From a virus, in IMG/VR virus record IMGVR_UViG_3300012971_000018, positions 32,001-96,000 of that record: a stretch of 64,000 nucleotides of DNA, one strand, 5' to 3'. A model generated the notes under the pieces. The model was not told the origin of the DNA and did not search any database. It worked only from the letters and a program-made list of their open reading frames with translations. Position numbers and translations under genes: made by a program. This document shows, piece by piece, positions 47,362 through 56,982 of the stretch. Numbering within the stretch: position 1 is the first letter of the stretch; the number at the start of each line of letters is the position of its first letter.

Positions 47362-48032
47362 AGGTAATGTTCGCTACGCCGTGCTATGGGTCGCAGGTAG
47401 GAATGAACTACCTGGCATCGATGTTTAGCCTGGCGCTCGACGCCCAACTCGAAGGTCTCGACTGCGTGCTCTATACGCATAGCGAGAGCCTAATAACGCG
47501 TGCCCGCAACCGGATGCTGGCGACGTTCCTGGAGCGCAAGGATTGCACCCATCTGTTCTGGATCGACGCCGACGTCTCGTTCCGCCCGCGCAATGTGTTT
47601 AAGCTGTTGGCATACAATCTCGACGTCGTTGCCGCCGTTCCGCCGCTAAAGGCGCCGGGCGATACCCAGTACCCGGTAAAGCTGGTCGGCCCGCGGGTCG
47701 GCGATCTGGTCGAGGCTATCGAAGCCCCGACGGGCTTTATGGCGATAAAGCGCGACGTGTTCGATAAGATGGCCGAAGCGTATCCCGGGCTTGGTAGTTG
47801 GGTCGAGGAGCCGGACGGCAGCAAGCGTGGGATTTGGCGCTTCTTCGATACGATGGTCGAGCCGGACCCAAAGTCCCCGCACTTTTCCCGCTACCTTTCC
47901 GAGGACTATGCATTCTGTCGGCGCTGGCGCGATGCTGGGGGCAAGATATATGTTGACGTCGAATGTCGGTTGGGGCATCTAGGCCAGCGTATGTACGAAG
48001 GCGAGTTGGGGGATAGCCTGCGTGGCGACTAA
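47358..48032 (+). CDS. glycosyltransferase, GT-A fold
   Basis: ATPCY, ITRARN, FWIDAD, TGFMAI, SEDYAFC. Confidence 0.85.
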   Translation: MKVMFATPCYGSQVGMNYLASMFSLALDAQLEGLDCVLYTHSESLITRARNRMLATFLERKDCTHLFWIDADVSFRPRNVFKLLAYNLDVVAAVPPLKAPGDTQYPVKLVGPRVGDLVEAIEAPTGFMAIKRDVFDKMAEAYPGLGSWVEEPDGSKRGIWRFFDTMVEPDPKSPHFSRYLSEDYAFCRRWRDAGGKIYVDVECRLGHLGQRMYEGELGDSLRGD

Positions 48033-48705
48033 CATCCCATCCGTTGCCGAGCGCGCCAAGCTGTTCCGGATTTGGGAAGCCTACGACCAGTCGCTCCCGC
48101 CGTTTGCTCCGACCAAGAAGATGGTCGTCGGTTATCTGCGCCTTCCGTCGGATGCCGCCGCTATCGTCGAGCGCGCGCCGGAAGTCCGGTTTGTGTCGGG
48201 CCTAACCCTGCCTGGATGGGTAACGGTGGAATTTAATGCGGACGAGGAAAGGGTATTCAACGATACCAGCACCTTCCGCATAATTAACGGACCGCTCGAA
48301 GACCTGCTAACCGAATGCGTGCGGCAACTGCGCGATCCGGTTACGGCCTATCTGGAGAGCTGCTGGCGTATATTGAACGTCCGGGTGTGGACGACCCCGC
48401 CGCATTCGACGATTTCGCAGATGTACAGTTGGCACATGGACGGAATGCCGGACCAGATATTTAAGATTATGGTCTACTTTACGCCGATGGACGCGGCCCA
48501 CGGTGGCCTGGAGACGCTTAAGGGTCCGCTGCTCGGCCCGGCCGGGACGTGGGTGCTGTTCTGGAATTCCAAGATCGACCACCGAGGCAAGGCCGGCGCC
48601 AGCCGTATCCGGGCTTCGGCCGAGATTACCCTGTGCCGATCTGTGCGGTACGATCTCGTGCTGCACCAGCCCGGAATTAATGCCCACTGGCCCGAGAGAC
48701 CATGA
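48022..48705 (+). CDS. 2OG-Fe(II) dioxygenase-like protein
   Basis: WHMDG...KIMVYF...HRG (HxD...H triad). Confidence 0.65.
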   Translation: MATNIPSVAERAKLFRIWEAYDQSLPPFAPTKKMVVGYLRLPSDAAAIVERAPEVRFVSGLTLPGWVTVEFNADEERVFNDTSTFRIINGPLEDLLTECVRQLRDPVTAYLESCWRILNVRVWTTPPHSTISQMYSWHMDGMPDQIFKIMVYFTPMDAAHGGLETLKGPLLGPAGTWVLFWNSKIDHRGKAGASRIRASAEITLCRSVRYDLVLHQPGINAHWPERP

Positions 48706-49466
48706 TCCATTCGCTAAACATAGGCGGCGGCCCGGGATTTAGAGCCGACGGCTGGCTTAACCTCGACGAGATGCAGAATGTCGCAGGCGAGGGTTTTATA
48801 TTCGACGCTACTTGCATCGTACCGCTCGCCGACAAATCGGTGCGGTTGGTCTACAGCTCCCATACGCTGGAGCATCTAGACGATCCCACGGTTGCACGCT
48901 TGCTGGAGGAGAGCCACCGTGTCCTTGCACCGGATGGCACATTGGTCATAAAGATACCCGACTTCGACGCACTGCTGGCGGCGTATCGCAATGATGACTT
49001 CGCCTATTTGGACCTGCCGCTGTGGAACATGCCCGCGGTGGTTAACACGCTGGCCAATCGTGGCATGGTCGACTCGATCGCGACGCGGACGGCGTGGCTG
49101 TTCTGTGGCTGGTGGAACCGGGAATTCGGCCATCTGTTCGGCAATTACAGTCCGTACCGGCCCGGGGCCTACAATGGGCCACCCGTGCTAACCCAGGACA
49201 GGCTAAAGGGCATTCTCGCAATGTATTCGCCACACGACATCGCCGCGCGATTGCGGGAGCATGTCGTGGCCAAAGAGAAGCACTATACGTTTAACCACCA
49301 GAATGCCTGGAGCCGCAAGGAGTTTATAACGTTGTTGCAGGACCACGACTTTATCTGGACCTGCGACGACAAGGACTGGGTAATCGCGAGCCAGAGCGCC
49401 ATCCCCGGGATCGAGGAAATGCGTAACATAAGCTACTACGTACAAGCGAGGAAAGGTCATGGGTGA
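48702..49466 (+). CDS. class I SAM-dependent methyltransferase
   Basis: LNIGGG, WLNLD, SHTLEHL, RVLAPDG. Confidence 0.8.
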   Translation: MIHSLNIGGGPGFRADGWLNLDEMQNVAGEGFIFDATCIVPLADKSVRLVYSSHTLEHLDDPTVARLLEESHRVLAPDGTLVIKIPDFDALLAAYRNDDFAYLDLPLWNMPAVVNTLANRGMVDSIATRTAWLFCGWWNREFGHLFGNYSPYRPGAYNGPPVLTQDRLKGILAMYSPHDIAARLREHVVAKEKHYTFNHQNAWSRKEFITLLQDHDFIWTCDDKDWVIASQSAIPGIEEMRNISYYVQARKGHG

Positions 49467-50598
49467 GTTAATAGGACTGGTTGGTAAGCCGCCGTCGCTG
49501 CGGAACGTCTACGGCAATGCCGAGGTAATTGAGTTCCTGGAGAAATGGCTAAAGGCCGCGAAGCTCGGCAACATTAACTACGTTGCGCTAACTGCGACCT
49601 TGCCCCCCGATATTGCAATTAACGACTTTGCCGGCTCGATCGAGGGCGAGGAGAACGTCCTCGAAGCCATTATCGAGGGTCTGGTCCCGTTAATCCGGGA
49701 GTCACTTGCCAAGAAGGAACCGCCCCCGCAGGACGACGAGCTAAATGCCAGCTATCTAAGCTATCCGGTAACCAAGCTCTCGGTCGGCTTCGACTTTATC
49801 TTTAGCCTCGTTGCGCAGAAGATGGTCTGCAAGCGGGAAGGCATTGCCGGTCCGGTACGGATCGGCTTCTGGGCCGGCAAGTCCGGCACGATGGGGGTCG
49901 AGGGCGGTTACCGCAAGGGAATGTTCGACAACGTGGTTAAGCCGCTGCTGCCGATGTTCGGTGTGCTGGAGGACGAGCGCGCGATCTACGGCCACCGCTT
50001 CCACAAGTACGACTTCCGGCTGCGGGAGATCGTCGAGGCGTCGCTGGCCGGCGAGAAGGTGCCGACCTATATCCCGTCCGCGGCAGCTATGAACGCCGTT
50101 AACGAGACCGTCGGGCCGGAAGACCCGATCGTCATAACGCTGCGCGAGAGCGATGCTTGGTCCCACCGCAATACGAACAACGATGCCTGGATTGCGTTTG
50201 CCAAAGACCGCGAGCGCGAGGGCTACCCGGTCGTCTTCGTGCGCGATACCGCGAAGTACTCCGAGCCATTGGCCAACATGGCGACCTACCCCGCGGCTTC
50301 GCTGTCGCTGCCGATCCGCGCTGCACTCTACGAGCGCGCCCGGGTTAACTTCTTCGTCGGCAACGGTCCTTGCGATCTCGCCCTGTTTGGCTCGCGTCCC
50401 TGGATACGCATCCAGCGCTACGACAAGGGGAGCCAGCACGAGGTCGAGAACGAGCGGTGGTGGAAGGCGATCGGGCTGGAGCCGGGGACCCAGATGCCCT
50501 GGTGCTCGGACGAGCAGAGGATTATCCTTGGCACCGACGACTACCGGACGATCTCGCAGGCTTGGGAAGAGCTAACCCGGCCGCGCATTCTCTCTTAG
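49459..50598 (+). CDS. putative glycosyltransferase-like protein
   Basis: ITLRE...RNTN...RAALYERA..NFFVGNGP; island context. Confidence 0.45.
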   Translation: MGELIGLVGKPPSLRNVYGNAEVIEFLEKWLKAAKLGNINYVALTATLPPDIAINDFAGSIEGEENVLEAIIEGLVPLIRESLAKKEPPPQDDELNASYLSYPVTKLSVGFDFIFSLVAQKMVCKREGIAGPVRIGFWAGKSGTMGVEGGYRKGMFDNVVKPLLPMFGVLEDERAIYGHRFHKYDFRLREIVEASLAGEKVPTYIPSAAAMNAVNETVGPEDPIVITLRESDAWSHRNTNNDAWIAFAKDREREGYPVVFVRDTAKYSEPLANMATYPAASLSLPIRAALYERARVNFFVGNGPCDLALFGSRPWIRIQRYDKGSQHEVENERWWKAIGLEPGTQMPWCSDEQRIILGTDDYRTISQAWEELTRPRILS

Positions 50599-50624
50599 AG
50601 AGGCTGGAGCAGGGAGGCAATGCC

Positions 50625-50939
50625 ATGGCGGCCACATTTTCCCAACTGGGCGAGATCGCCGGCCATCCAGATTTTATACGGCGTGTTAACGTCGCTATGA
50701 ACAATGCTGCGCTCAATGTCTACAACGAGTCGAGTACCACACCTGGGCACCAGGCACGCGCGTCGTTTGCGACTAAGGTCGTCAATGGCCAGTATAATCT
50801 GGAAGCCGCAGTTTATGGCATTTTAACCGGAACCGCGATTATTAACGAGGCCAATCCAGCCATTCCTGGGGACGGCATCGCGGACGCCGACATATCGACC
50901 GAAGTCGCGGCAGCCTGGAACGTGTTCGCGGGAGCATAA
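50625..50939 (+). CDS. hypothetical (virion-associated) protein
   Basis: GGAGG RBS. Confidence 0.65.
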   Translation: MAATFSQLGEIAGHPDFIRRVNVAMNNAALNVYNESSTTPGHQARASFATKVVNGQYNLEAAVYGILTGTAIINEANPAIPGDGIADADISTEVAAAWNVFAGA

Positions 50940-50942
50940 GCC

Positions 50943-51392
50943 GTGGCAAATATCGGCAAATGGAATGCACCTAGTGCTACCCTTACGGTGCTCTCGACCG
51001 GGCTTAATTCGCTCGCCAACAATACCATGTCGGCGGCTTCCTCGAACATTGCAAACCAGACCAATCTCGACATCTATGTGGACATCGAAATTGCTCTTGC
51101 CTCGTTGTCGCCGACCTCCGGTGCATATGTGGCGCTTTACATTCTAGAGGCGGTAGATGGTTCCAACTTTCCGGCACAGTCCGACGCCGATCTCCGACTA
51201 ACCGGCACGCAGTTGTTGTGTGTTGTGCCAATAGGCACAACTGCCAGCACGGCGCAGCGGGTTGCCGTGCGCAACGTCGTAATCCCGCCCGGCCTGTTCC
51301 AGATTAAGCTCGATAACCAGACTGGCGTGTCGCTTAACGCCAGCACCAATACAGTTAAGTTTAACGCCTACAACGTAAACCTCAATGGCTAG
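50943..51392 (+). CDS. putative virion structural protein
   Basis: beta-strand-like composition; precedes LamG gene. Confidence 0.6.
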   Translation: MANIGKWNAPSATLTVLSTGLNSLANNTMSAASSNIANQTNLDIYVDIEIALASLSPTSGAYVALYILEAVDGSNFPAQSDADLRLTGTQLLCVVPIGTTASTAQRVAVRNVVIPPGLFQIKLDNQTGVSLNASTNTVKFNAYNVNLNG

Positions 51393-52152
51393 AAATTTCA
51401 ACGGCACGAGCGACGTTATCGATATCGGCACGCCAGCTCCGCTGAACATCTCTGCCAACTCCCAGATCGCTGTTTCGGTGTGGATGAATCCGACAGCCCA
51501 GCCTTCGTCGGGCTCCGATGCTGACATTTCTGGCAAGGGGTTTGATGGGACCACCACATCCTATGAAATGAAAATTTCGGGTTCTGGGGCAGGAAACCTT
51601 ATTTTCTTCGGTTCATTTTCTGGTGGCGGTCACGGCGCAGGCAGTGGTGGTCTCGCTACAACAAATGGGGTTTGGACCCATCTCTACGGTGATTACGATG
51701 GCGCCACTTGGCATCTGTATGTCAATGGCATCTTGCAAGGCAGTTCGACCGACGCCATCGGCCCGCAGAACAATACGATGCGCAGCAGTATCGGCGCGCT
51801 GTGGCTGAACGGCTCGTTTGGCAACTGGTTCAATGGTCGTGTTGCACATCGCTGCGAGTGGAACCAGGCGCTGACCGCACCGGAAGTCAAGCAACTCGCG
51901 CTCGGGCGTTCGCCGTTGACGATCCGCCCAGGTCGTATACTCGGCTACTGGCCGCTGTCCATGGGATATGGACAGCCGGCGATCGACCGCGGTCCGTTCA
52001 ATCTTGGTAGTGGTACCATTACTGGAACCAAGCTCGCGCCTGATCCGCCGCTCACTACAATTAGTCAGATTAACTTGCTCGATTTGGAAGCACCATTTCC
52101 ATTTGTTATGGTAGCGCCACCGGCGCTTTTGATGGCCCAAATCGTGCTCTAA
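51385..52152 (+). CDS. LamG/ConA-like lectin domain protein
   Basis: FNGTSD, SVWM, WTHL..YDG...LYVNG, WNQALTAPEV. Confidence 0.85.
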   Translation: MARNFNGTSDVIDIGTPAPLNISANSQIAVSVWMNPTAQPSSGSDADISGKGFDGTTTSYEMKISGSGAGNLIFFGSFSGGGHGAGSGGLATTNGVWTHLYGDYDGATWHLYVNGILQGSSTDAIGPQNNTMRSSIGALWLNGSFGNWFNGRVAHRCEWNQALTAPEVKQLALGRSPLTIRPGRILGYWPLSMGYGQPAIDRGPFNLGSGTITGTKLAPDPPLTTISQINLLDLEAPFPFVMVAPPALLMAQIVL

Positions 52153-52153
52153 C

Positions 52154-55100
52154 GTGGCCAACATATTTAGAGGTCCACTTTATGTAAAAACCTGGTGGCC
52201 GGAGCTACAACCACCAGACAATAGCCTGCGCACATGGACGGCTAATTATACATTGGCGCTGTTCGCGCCTCCTCCCCCGGTCGTCAGTCCGCAAACTGTC
52301 CGCGCCCCGCTGTACATAAAGGTTCGCTGGCCGGAGTACGAAGATAATCTGCGGTCTTGGACGTGGAAGTACATTCCGGAACTTATTGGCAGGGATAGGC
52401 TGCCGACCGGCAAGCAAGTCTACGATCTCCCGCCGGTCGCCAAGTACACGCGACAAGTTGATCTAAATACCTGGACTTGGAAATACAACAATCTTCTAAT
52501 TGGCAGGGATAGGCTGCCGACCGGAAAGCAGTCTTATGAGCTGCCGCCGGTCGCCAAGTACACGCGACAAGTTGATCTAAATACCTGGACTTGGACATAC
52601 AACAATCTTCTAATTGGCAGGGATAGGCTCCCGACCGGAAAGCAGTACACCGACCGTCCGCCGCCGGTTTATTGGTACCAGACCTGGACCCTAAACCTGC
52701 TGCAAGGCACGTTGTCGATTACGCCGGTCTTCCCGTTTGTACAAACCGATTGGCCACTACCCCGTGCTCCACAACAAGCTGCGCCGTCCTGGACTTGGTC
52801 CTACAACTTAAATCTGGTTGGTAAAGACCAGCTTCCGGTTGGCGACCAGTTCTTCGACACTGCGAAAGGTCCAATACAGCCCGATCGCGGCTTTACGTTT
52901 ACATTCCCGCGCGAGCTTATCGGGCAAGACCAGCTTCCACCCGGCGAGAACGTCTTCGATCCGCCGCCACCGCCACCGCCGATACCCACACTAAGGACGT
53001 GGGTCTATTCGGCGCTTCTGCTCCTTACGGCGGTCGGCCTGCCCCCGGGACAGCAAAGCACCGATCGGCCGCAGATTGCGCCGCCATGGCGTCCGGAAAC
53101 GGTCCAGCAGAACGTTCTCCAGAGCGTTCTCGCTCCGCTGCCCCCCGGCAAGCAGAGTGTCGATCTCCCGCCACGCGACCCACGCGAGGTGCGGACCTGG
53201 ACGTGGTCCTATCCGCTGGAGCTAATCGGGCAAGACCAGCTTCCGGTTGGGGAAAATGTATTCGATCTAACGCCGACAGGGCCTCCAAAGGAGTGGCCGA
53301 GATATTGGAGTTGGAGCTATAACTTAAATCTAGTCGGCCAGGACCGGTTCCCGGCCGGTAAGGCGGTCTACGACCGCCCGCCGATCGGTCCAGTCCCGAT
53401 CCCGCAGAGCTGGACGTGGTCCTATTCGCTGGAGCTAATAGGGCAGGACAAATTCCCGCCCGGCGAAAATCTATTTGACCTTACAGCGTCGCCGCTACGT
53501 CCGGGGTTAACGTGGACCGCTAGCCTTAACGTAGCTGCGCAGCCTGCGATCCCGCCCGGCGAGAACGTCTTCGACCAAACCCCGGTCGGCCCCGTCCCGA
53601 TCCCGCAATCGTGGGCGCAGTCCTATCTTTTAACCCTTATTGGGCAGGACCGGCTACCGGTTGGCGAGAATGTCTTCGAGCTTCCCCCGCGGGACCCGCG
53701 CGAAGTCCGCTCGTGGACTTGGTCGTTTAATCTAAATCTTATCGGTAGGGACAGGCTTACCGCGGGCGCCCAGGTCTACGATCGGCCGCCGGTCGGACCC
53801 GTCCCGATCCCGCAAAGCTGGACGTGGTCATATAACCTAAACTTAGTCGGCAAAGACCAGCTACCACCCGGCGAGAATGCTTTCGACCTATGGCCGGCCG
53901 GACCGCGACAGCCGGCGATTACGTGGACCTCCTTCGTTGCCGAAGGCGTCGAGGTCCAGCCGATCGGCAAGGCATCTTATGACCTTGCTCCGCGCGGCTA
54001 TCCGCCCCAGGTCCCATCGTGGGCTTGGTGGTATTCGCTAGAGCTAACCGGGCAAGACAAGCTTCCGGTCGGCAAGGCGATCTACGACCTAACGCCGAAG
54101 GGTCCACAGCCGCTACTCCAGGTCTGGACCGTAAGCGTTAATCTGGCCGAGACGATCGGCGCCCAAATCCCGCCCGGCGGGATAATCTACGACCTCGCTC
54201 GCGGACCGCCTCCACTCGTTCCGTCCTGGGCGTGGTGGTACGCGCTGGAGCTAATCGGCCAGGACCAGCTTCCGGCCGGCAAGGCGGTCTACGATCTCCC
54301 GCCGCGCGCCGAAGACCCCTTCCCACGCTCGCTGCGATCGTGGACGTGGTCGTACCTGTTAGAGCTAATTGGACAAGACGTCCTGCCCCCGGGTGAGAAC
54401 GTCTTCGATCTAACGCCGAAAGGCCCGGCGCCGCTTCTACAGGTCTGGACGCAGAGCCTTTACGTCGTAGCGGTAACGCCGCCGCCACTCCCGCCCGGCG
54501 CAAATGTCTACGACCTCGCCCGTGGCCCGGCCCCGCTAGTCCCATCGTGGACTTGGTCTTATTCATTAGAGCTAATCGGAAAGGACCAGCTACCCGCCGG
54601 CAAGGCGATCTACGACCTAGCGCGCGGCTATCCGCCCCAGGTCCCATCGTGGACTTGGTCCTATTCGTTGGTTCTCGTTGGCAAAGACCAGCTACCCACA
54701 GGTAAGCAGGTCTACGATCTCGCGCCGCGAGGCTACCCGCCACAAGTTCCGTCGTGGACGTGGTGGTACCCGCTAGAGCTAATCGGCAAGGACCGGCTAC
54801 CCGCGGGTATGCAGGTCTACGACCTCGCTCCGGTCGGACCGTTCCAGCCTGCTCGTGGCTATGCCGCGTTCTTCCCGCGCGTCCTTATCGGACAGGACCA
54901 GCTTCCACCCGGCGAAGACGTCTTCGATCTCGCCCGTGGACCACCTCCACTCGTTCCGTCGTGGACGTGGTTTAGTACCCAGGCCGCGGCTGTCGTCGCT
55001 CCGGTCGGCGTTGCGGTAACAGACCTCCCGCGGGCACCGCAGCAGCCGGCGCTCGGGCAGACCTCGTCGTTCCCGCTCGAATTGGTCGGGCAAGACCAGC

Positions 55101-56641
55101 TACCGGTTGGCAAGAACGTCTTTGATCTTACTCCGGCAGGTCCACGACAGCCGGCACCGTCTTGGACCCAGAGCTTCCCGCTGGAGACGTTCCAGCAGCT
55201 TCCCCCCGGCGTCCAATCGACCGATCTCGCCCGCGGCCCGATCCAACCAGACCGGGGCTTTACCGCTTTCTTCCCACGGGTCCTTAGTGGCCAGGACCAG
55301 CGCGCGACGGGTACCCAGGTCTACGACCGCGCCCCGGTCGGACCGTTCCAGCCCGATCGCAGCTTTACATTCACATTCCCGCGCGTCCTTATCGGGCAAG
55401 ACAAGCTACCGCCCGGTGCGCAATCGACCGATCTCGCCCGCGGCCCGATCCAACCGGACCGAGGATTTACCGCTTCCTTCCCGCGCGTCCTTATCGGGCA
55501 GGACCAGCTTCCGCCCGGCCAGGACGTCTTCGATCTCGCGCCTGCGGGACCCCGCCAGCCGACGACGATCTTTGCGGCGGCGCCAAGCCTCGCGCTAACG
55601 TCGGCGGTTCTCGCCCCGCCCGGTGCGGCGATCTACGATCTGGCGAAAGGCCCACCCCCGCAAGTTCCGTCGTGGACGTGGTGGTACCCGCTAGAGCTAA
55701 TCGGCAAGGACCAGTTCCCGCCCGGCAAGGTCCTGTACGACCGCACGCCGATCGGTCCGCAGCCGCTTCTGCAAGTCTGGACGTACTACACTCCGCTTAC
55801 GATCGCTCCGGTTATCCGTCCGTTCGTCCAGACGGACTGGCCGCCACCGCCCAGCGGCCCGATCCAGCCCAATCGTGGCTTTGCGTTCACATTCCCTCGC
55901 GAGCTTATCGGTCAGGATAGGTTCCCGCCCGGCAAGCAGGTTTGGGACCCGGGCGTTGGCATTCCGTTAACCTCGTGGCCGCGGTTCTACAGCTTCTCGT
56001 TCCCGCTGGAGCTTATCGGCCGGGACAGGCTGCCGCCCGGCCGGCAGACGACAGAGCTAACCGGCCGGTATCCGTTCCCGACGGCGACGTTCTGGACCTG
56101 GAGCTTTAACCTTAATCTCCGCGGTCGCGACCAGCTCCTCGTCGGCGTCCAGCTTTACGATCTAACGCCACGCGACCCGCGCGGATTTGGGCTTACCTGG
56201 ACGCAGCGTTTCGGGCTAAAGACCCTCCAAGGCCCGACGCCGTTTGCGCAATACGATTGGCCGTTAACACCCGCCGCGTTCCAGTTCAATCGTGGGTCTG
56301 CCTTTACATTCCCACGCGAGCTAATTGGCAAGGACAAATTCCCGCCCGGCGTCCAGACCACCGACAGAACGCCGCGCGGCCCGCAGCCGCTGCTCCAGAC
56401 TTGGTACTACACCGAGCCGATCCCGAACTACCCGATAATCGGCCGGATAAAGCATATCTGCATGACGATAGCGGCGCAGACGACGACGACCGTCGTTGTT
56501 AAGGCGCTGCCGCCGAGTGTTACAGTAGCGGCACAGACGACGGCGACCGTCGTTATTAAGTCGCTGCCGCCGAGCGTTAGCGTGGCTCCGACGATTAATG
56601 TGGGAGTAACCATCGATGCCCCGGACGACAAATGCTCCTAA
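52154..56641 (+). CDS. 1495-aa Pro/Trp-rich tandem repeat protein
   Basis: about 27 full and 8 variant ~38-aa units, consensus WTWSYxLELIGxDxLPxGxxVYDLxPxGP. Confidence 0.85.
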   Translation: MANIFRGPLYVKTWWPELQPPDNSLRTWTANYTLALFAPPPPVVSPQTVRAPLYIKVRWPEYEDNLRSWTWKYIPELIGRDRLPTGKQVYDLPPVAKYTRQVDLNTWTWKYNNLLIGRDRLPTGKQSYELPPVAKYTRQVDLNTWTWTYNNLLIGRDRLPTGKQYTDRPPPVYWYQTWTLNLLQGTLSITPVFPFVQTDWPLPRAPQQAAPSWTWSYNLNLVGKDQLPVGDQFFDTAKGPIQPDRGFTFTFPRELIGQDQLPPGENVFDPPPPPPPIPTLRTWVYSALLLLTAVGLPPGQQSTDRPQIAPPWRPETVQQNVLQSVLAPLPPGKQSVDLPPRDPREVRTWTWSYPLELIGQDQLPVGENVFDLTPTGPPKEWPRYWSWSYNLNLVGQDRFPAGKAVYDRPPIGPVPIPQSWTWSYSLELIGQDKFPPGENLFDLTASPLRPGLTWTASLNVAAQPAIPPGENVFDQTPVGPVPIPQSWAQSYLLTLIGQDRLPVGENVFELPPRDPREVRSWTWSFNLNLIGRDRLTAGAQVYDRPPVGPVPIPQSWTWSYNLNLVGKDQLPPGENAFDLWPAGPRQPAITWTSFVAEGVEVQPIGKASYDLAPRGYPPQVPSWAWWYSLELTGQDKLPVGKAIYDLTPKGPQPLLQVWTVSVNLAETIGAQIPPGGIIYDLARGPPPLVPSWAWWYALELIGQDQLPAGKAVYDLPPRAEDPFPRSLRSWTWSYLLELIGQDVLPPGENVFDLTPKGPAPLLQVWTQSLYVVAVTPPPLPPGANVYDLARGPAPLVPSWTWSYSLELIGKDQLPAGKAIYDLARGYPPQVPSWTWSYSLVLVGKDQLPTGKQVYDLAPRGYPPQVPSWTWWYPLELIGKDRLPAGMQVYDLAPVGPFQPARGYAAFFPRVLIGQDQLPPGEDVFDLARGPPPLVPSWTWFSTQAAAVVAPVGVAVTDLPRAPQQPALGQTSSFPLELVGQDQLPVGKNVFDLTPAGPRQPAPSWTQSFPLETFQQLPPGVQSTDLARGPIQPDRGFTAFFPRVLSGQDQRATGTQVYDRAPVGPFQPDRSFTFTFPRVLIGQDKLPPGAQSTDLARGPIQPDRGFTASFPRVLIGQDQLPPGQDVFDLAPAGPRQPTTIFAAAPSLALTSAVLAPPGAAIYDLAKGPPPQVPSWTWWYPLELIGKDQFPPGKVLYDRTPIGPQPLLQVWTYYTPLTIAPVIRPFVQTDWPPPPSGPIQPNRGFAFTFPRELIGQDRFPPGKQVWDPGVGIPLTSWPRFYSFSFPLELIGRDRLPPGRQTTELTGRYPFPTATFWTWSFNLNLRGRDQLLVGVQLYDLTPRDPRGFGLTWTQRFGLKTLQGPTPFAQYDWPLTPAAFQFNRGSAFTFPRELIGKDKFPPGVQTTDRTPRGPQPLLQTWYYTEPIPNYPIIGRIKHICMTIAAQTTTTVVVKALPPSVTVAAQTTATVVIKSLPPSVSVAPTINVGVTIDAPDDKCS
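52385..52645 (+). repeat. near-identical 114-bp tandem duplication
   Basis: attggcagggataggct at 52385, 52499 and 52613. Confidence 0.9.
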
Positions 56642-56982
56642 GCGGCGTTAACTCCCAAATCCGCGGCAATTCGATTGGCTTTACCGTGACGTTCACGGAT
56701 GCCAACAACTTGCCGGTTTCGCCAGTAAGCGTAAACCTAACGCTGGCGTATATGAACTACGCGGCGCCAAACCCTCCTCCGGCGACGTGTGGAACCACCA
56801 TTCCGGAGATCGTGCGGCAGACCCTGCCAATGACGCTTACGGGTCCGGGGACGTTTTTCGTCGCGTGGGACAGTTCCGTTGCCGGTCCAGGCAAGGTATC
56901 GTGGGTCGTGCAGTCGCAAGGCCCCGAGGCGGCGTGGGAAGGGTTCTTCCTGCTCGAAGCAAATCTGGCGAATGTAGCATGA
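56632..56982 (+). CDS. hypothetical beta-sandwich-like protein
   Basis: FTVTFTD...GTFFVAWD. Confidence 0.6.
   Translation: MLLSGVNSQIRGNSIGFTVTFTDANNLPVSPVSVNLTLAYMNYAAPNPPPATCGTTIPEIVRQTLPMTLTGPGTFFVAWDSSVAGPGKVSWVVQSQGPEAAWEGFFLLEANLANVA

Noticed and set aside
52385-52645. DGR template/variable repeat pair
   Set aside because: In-frame tandem coding repeats, differences not limited to adenines, and no reverse transcriptase in the window
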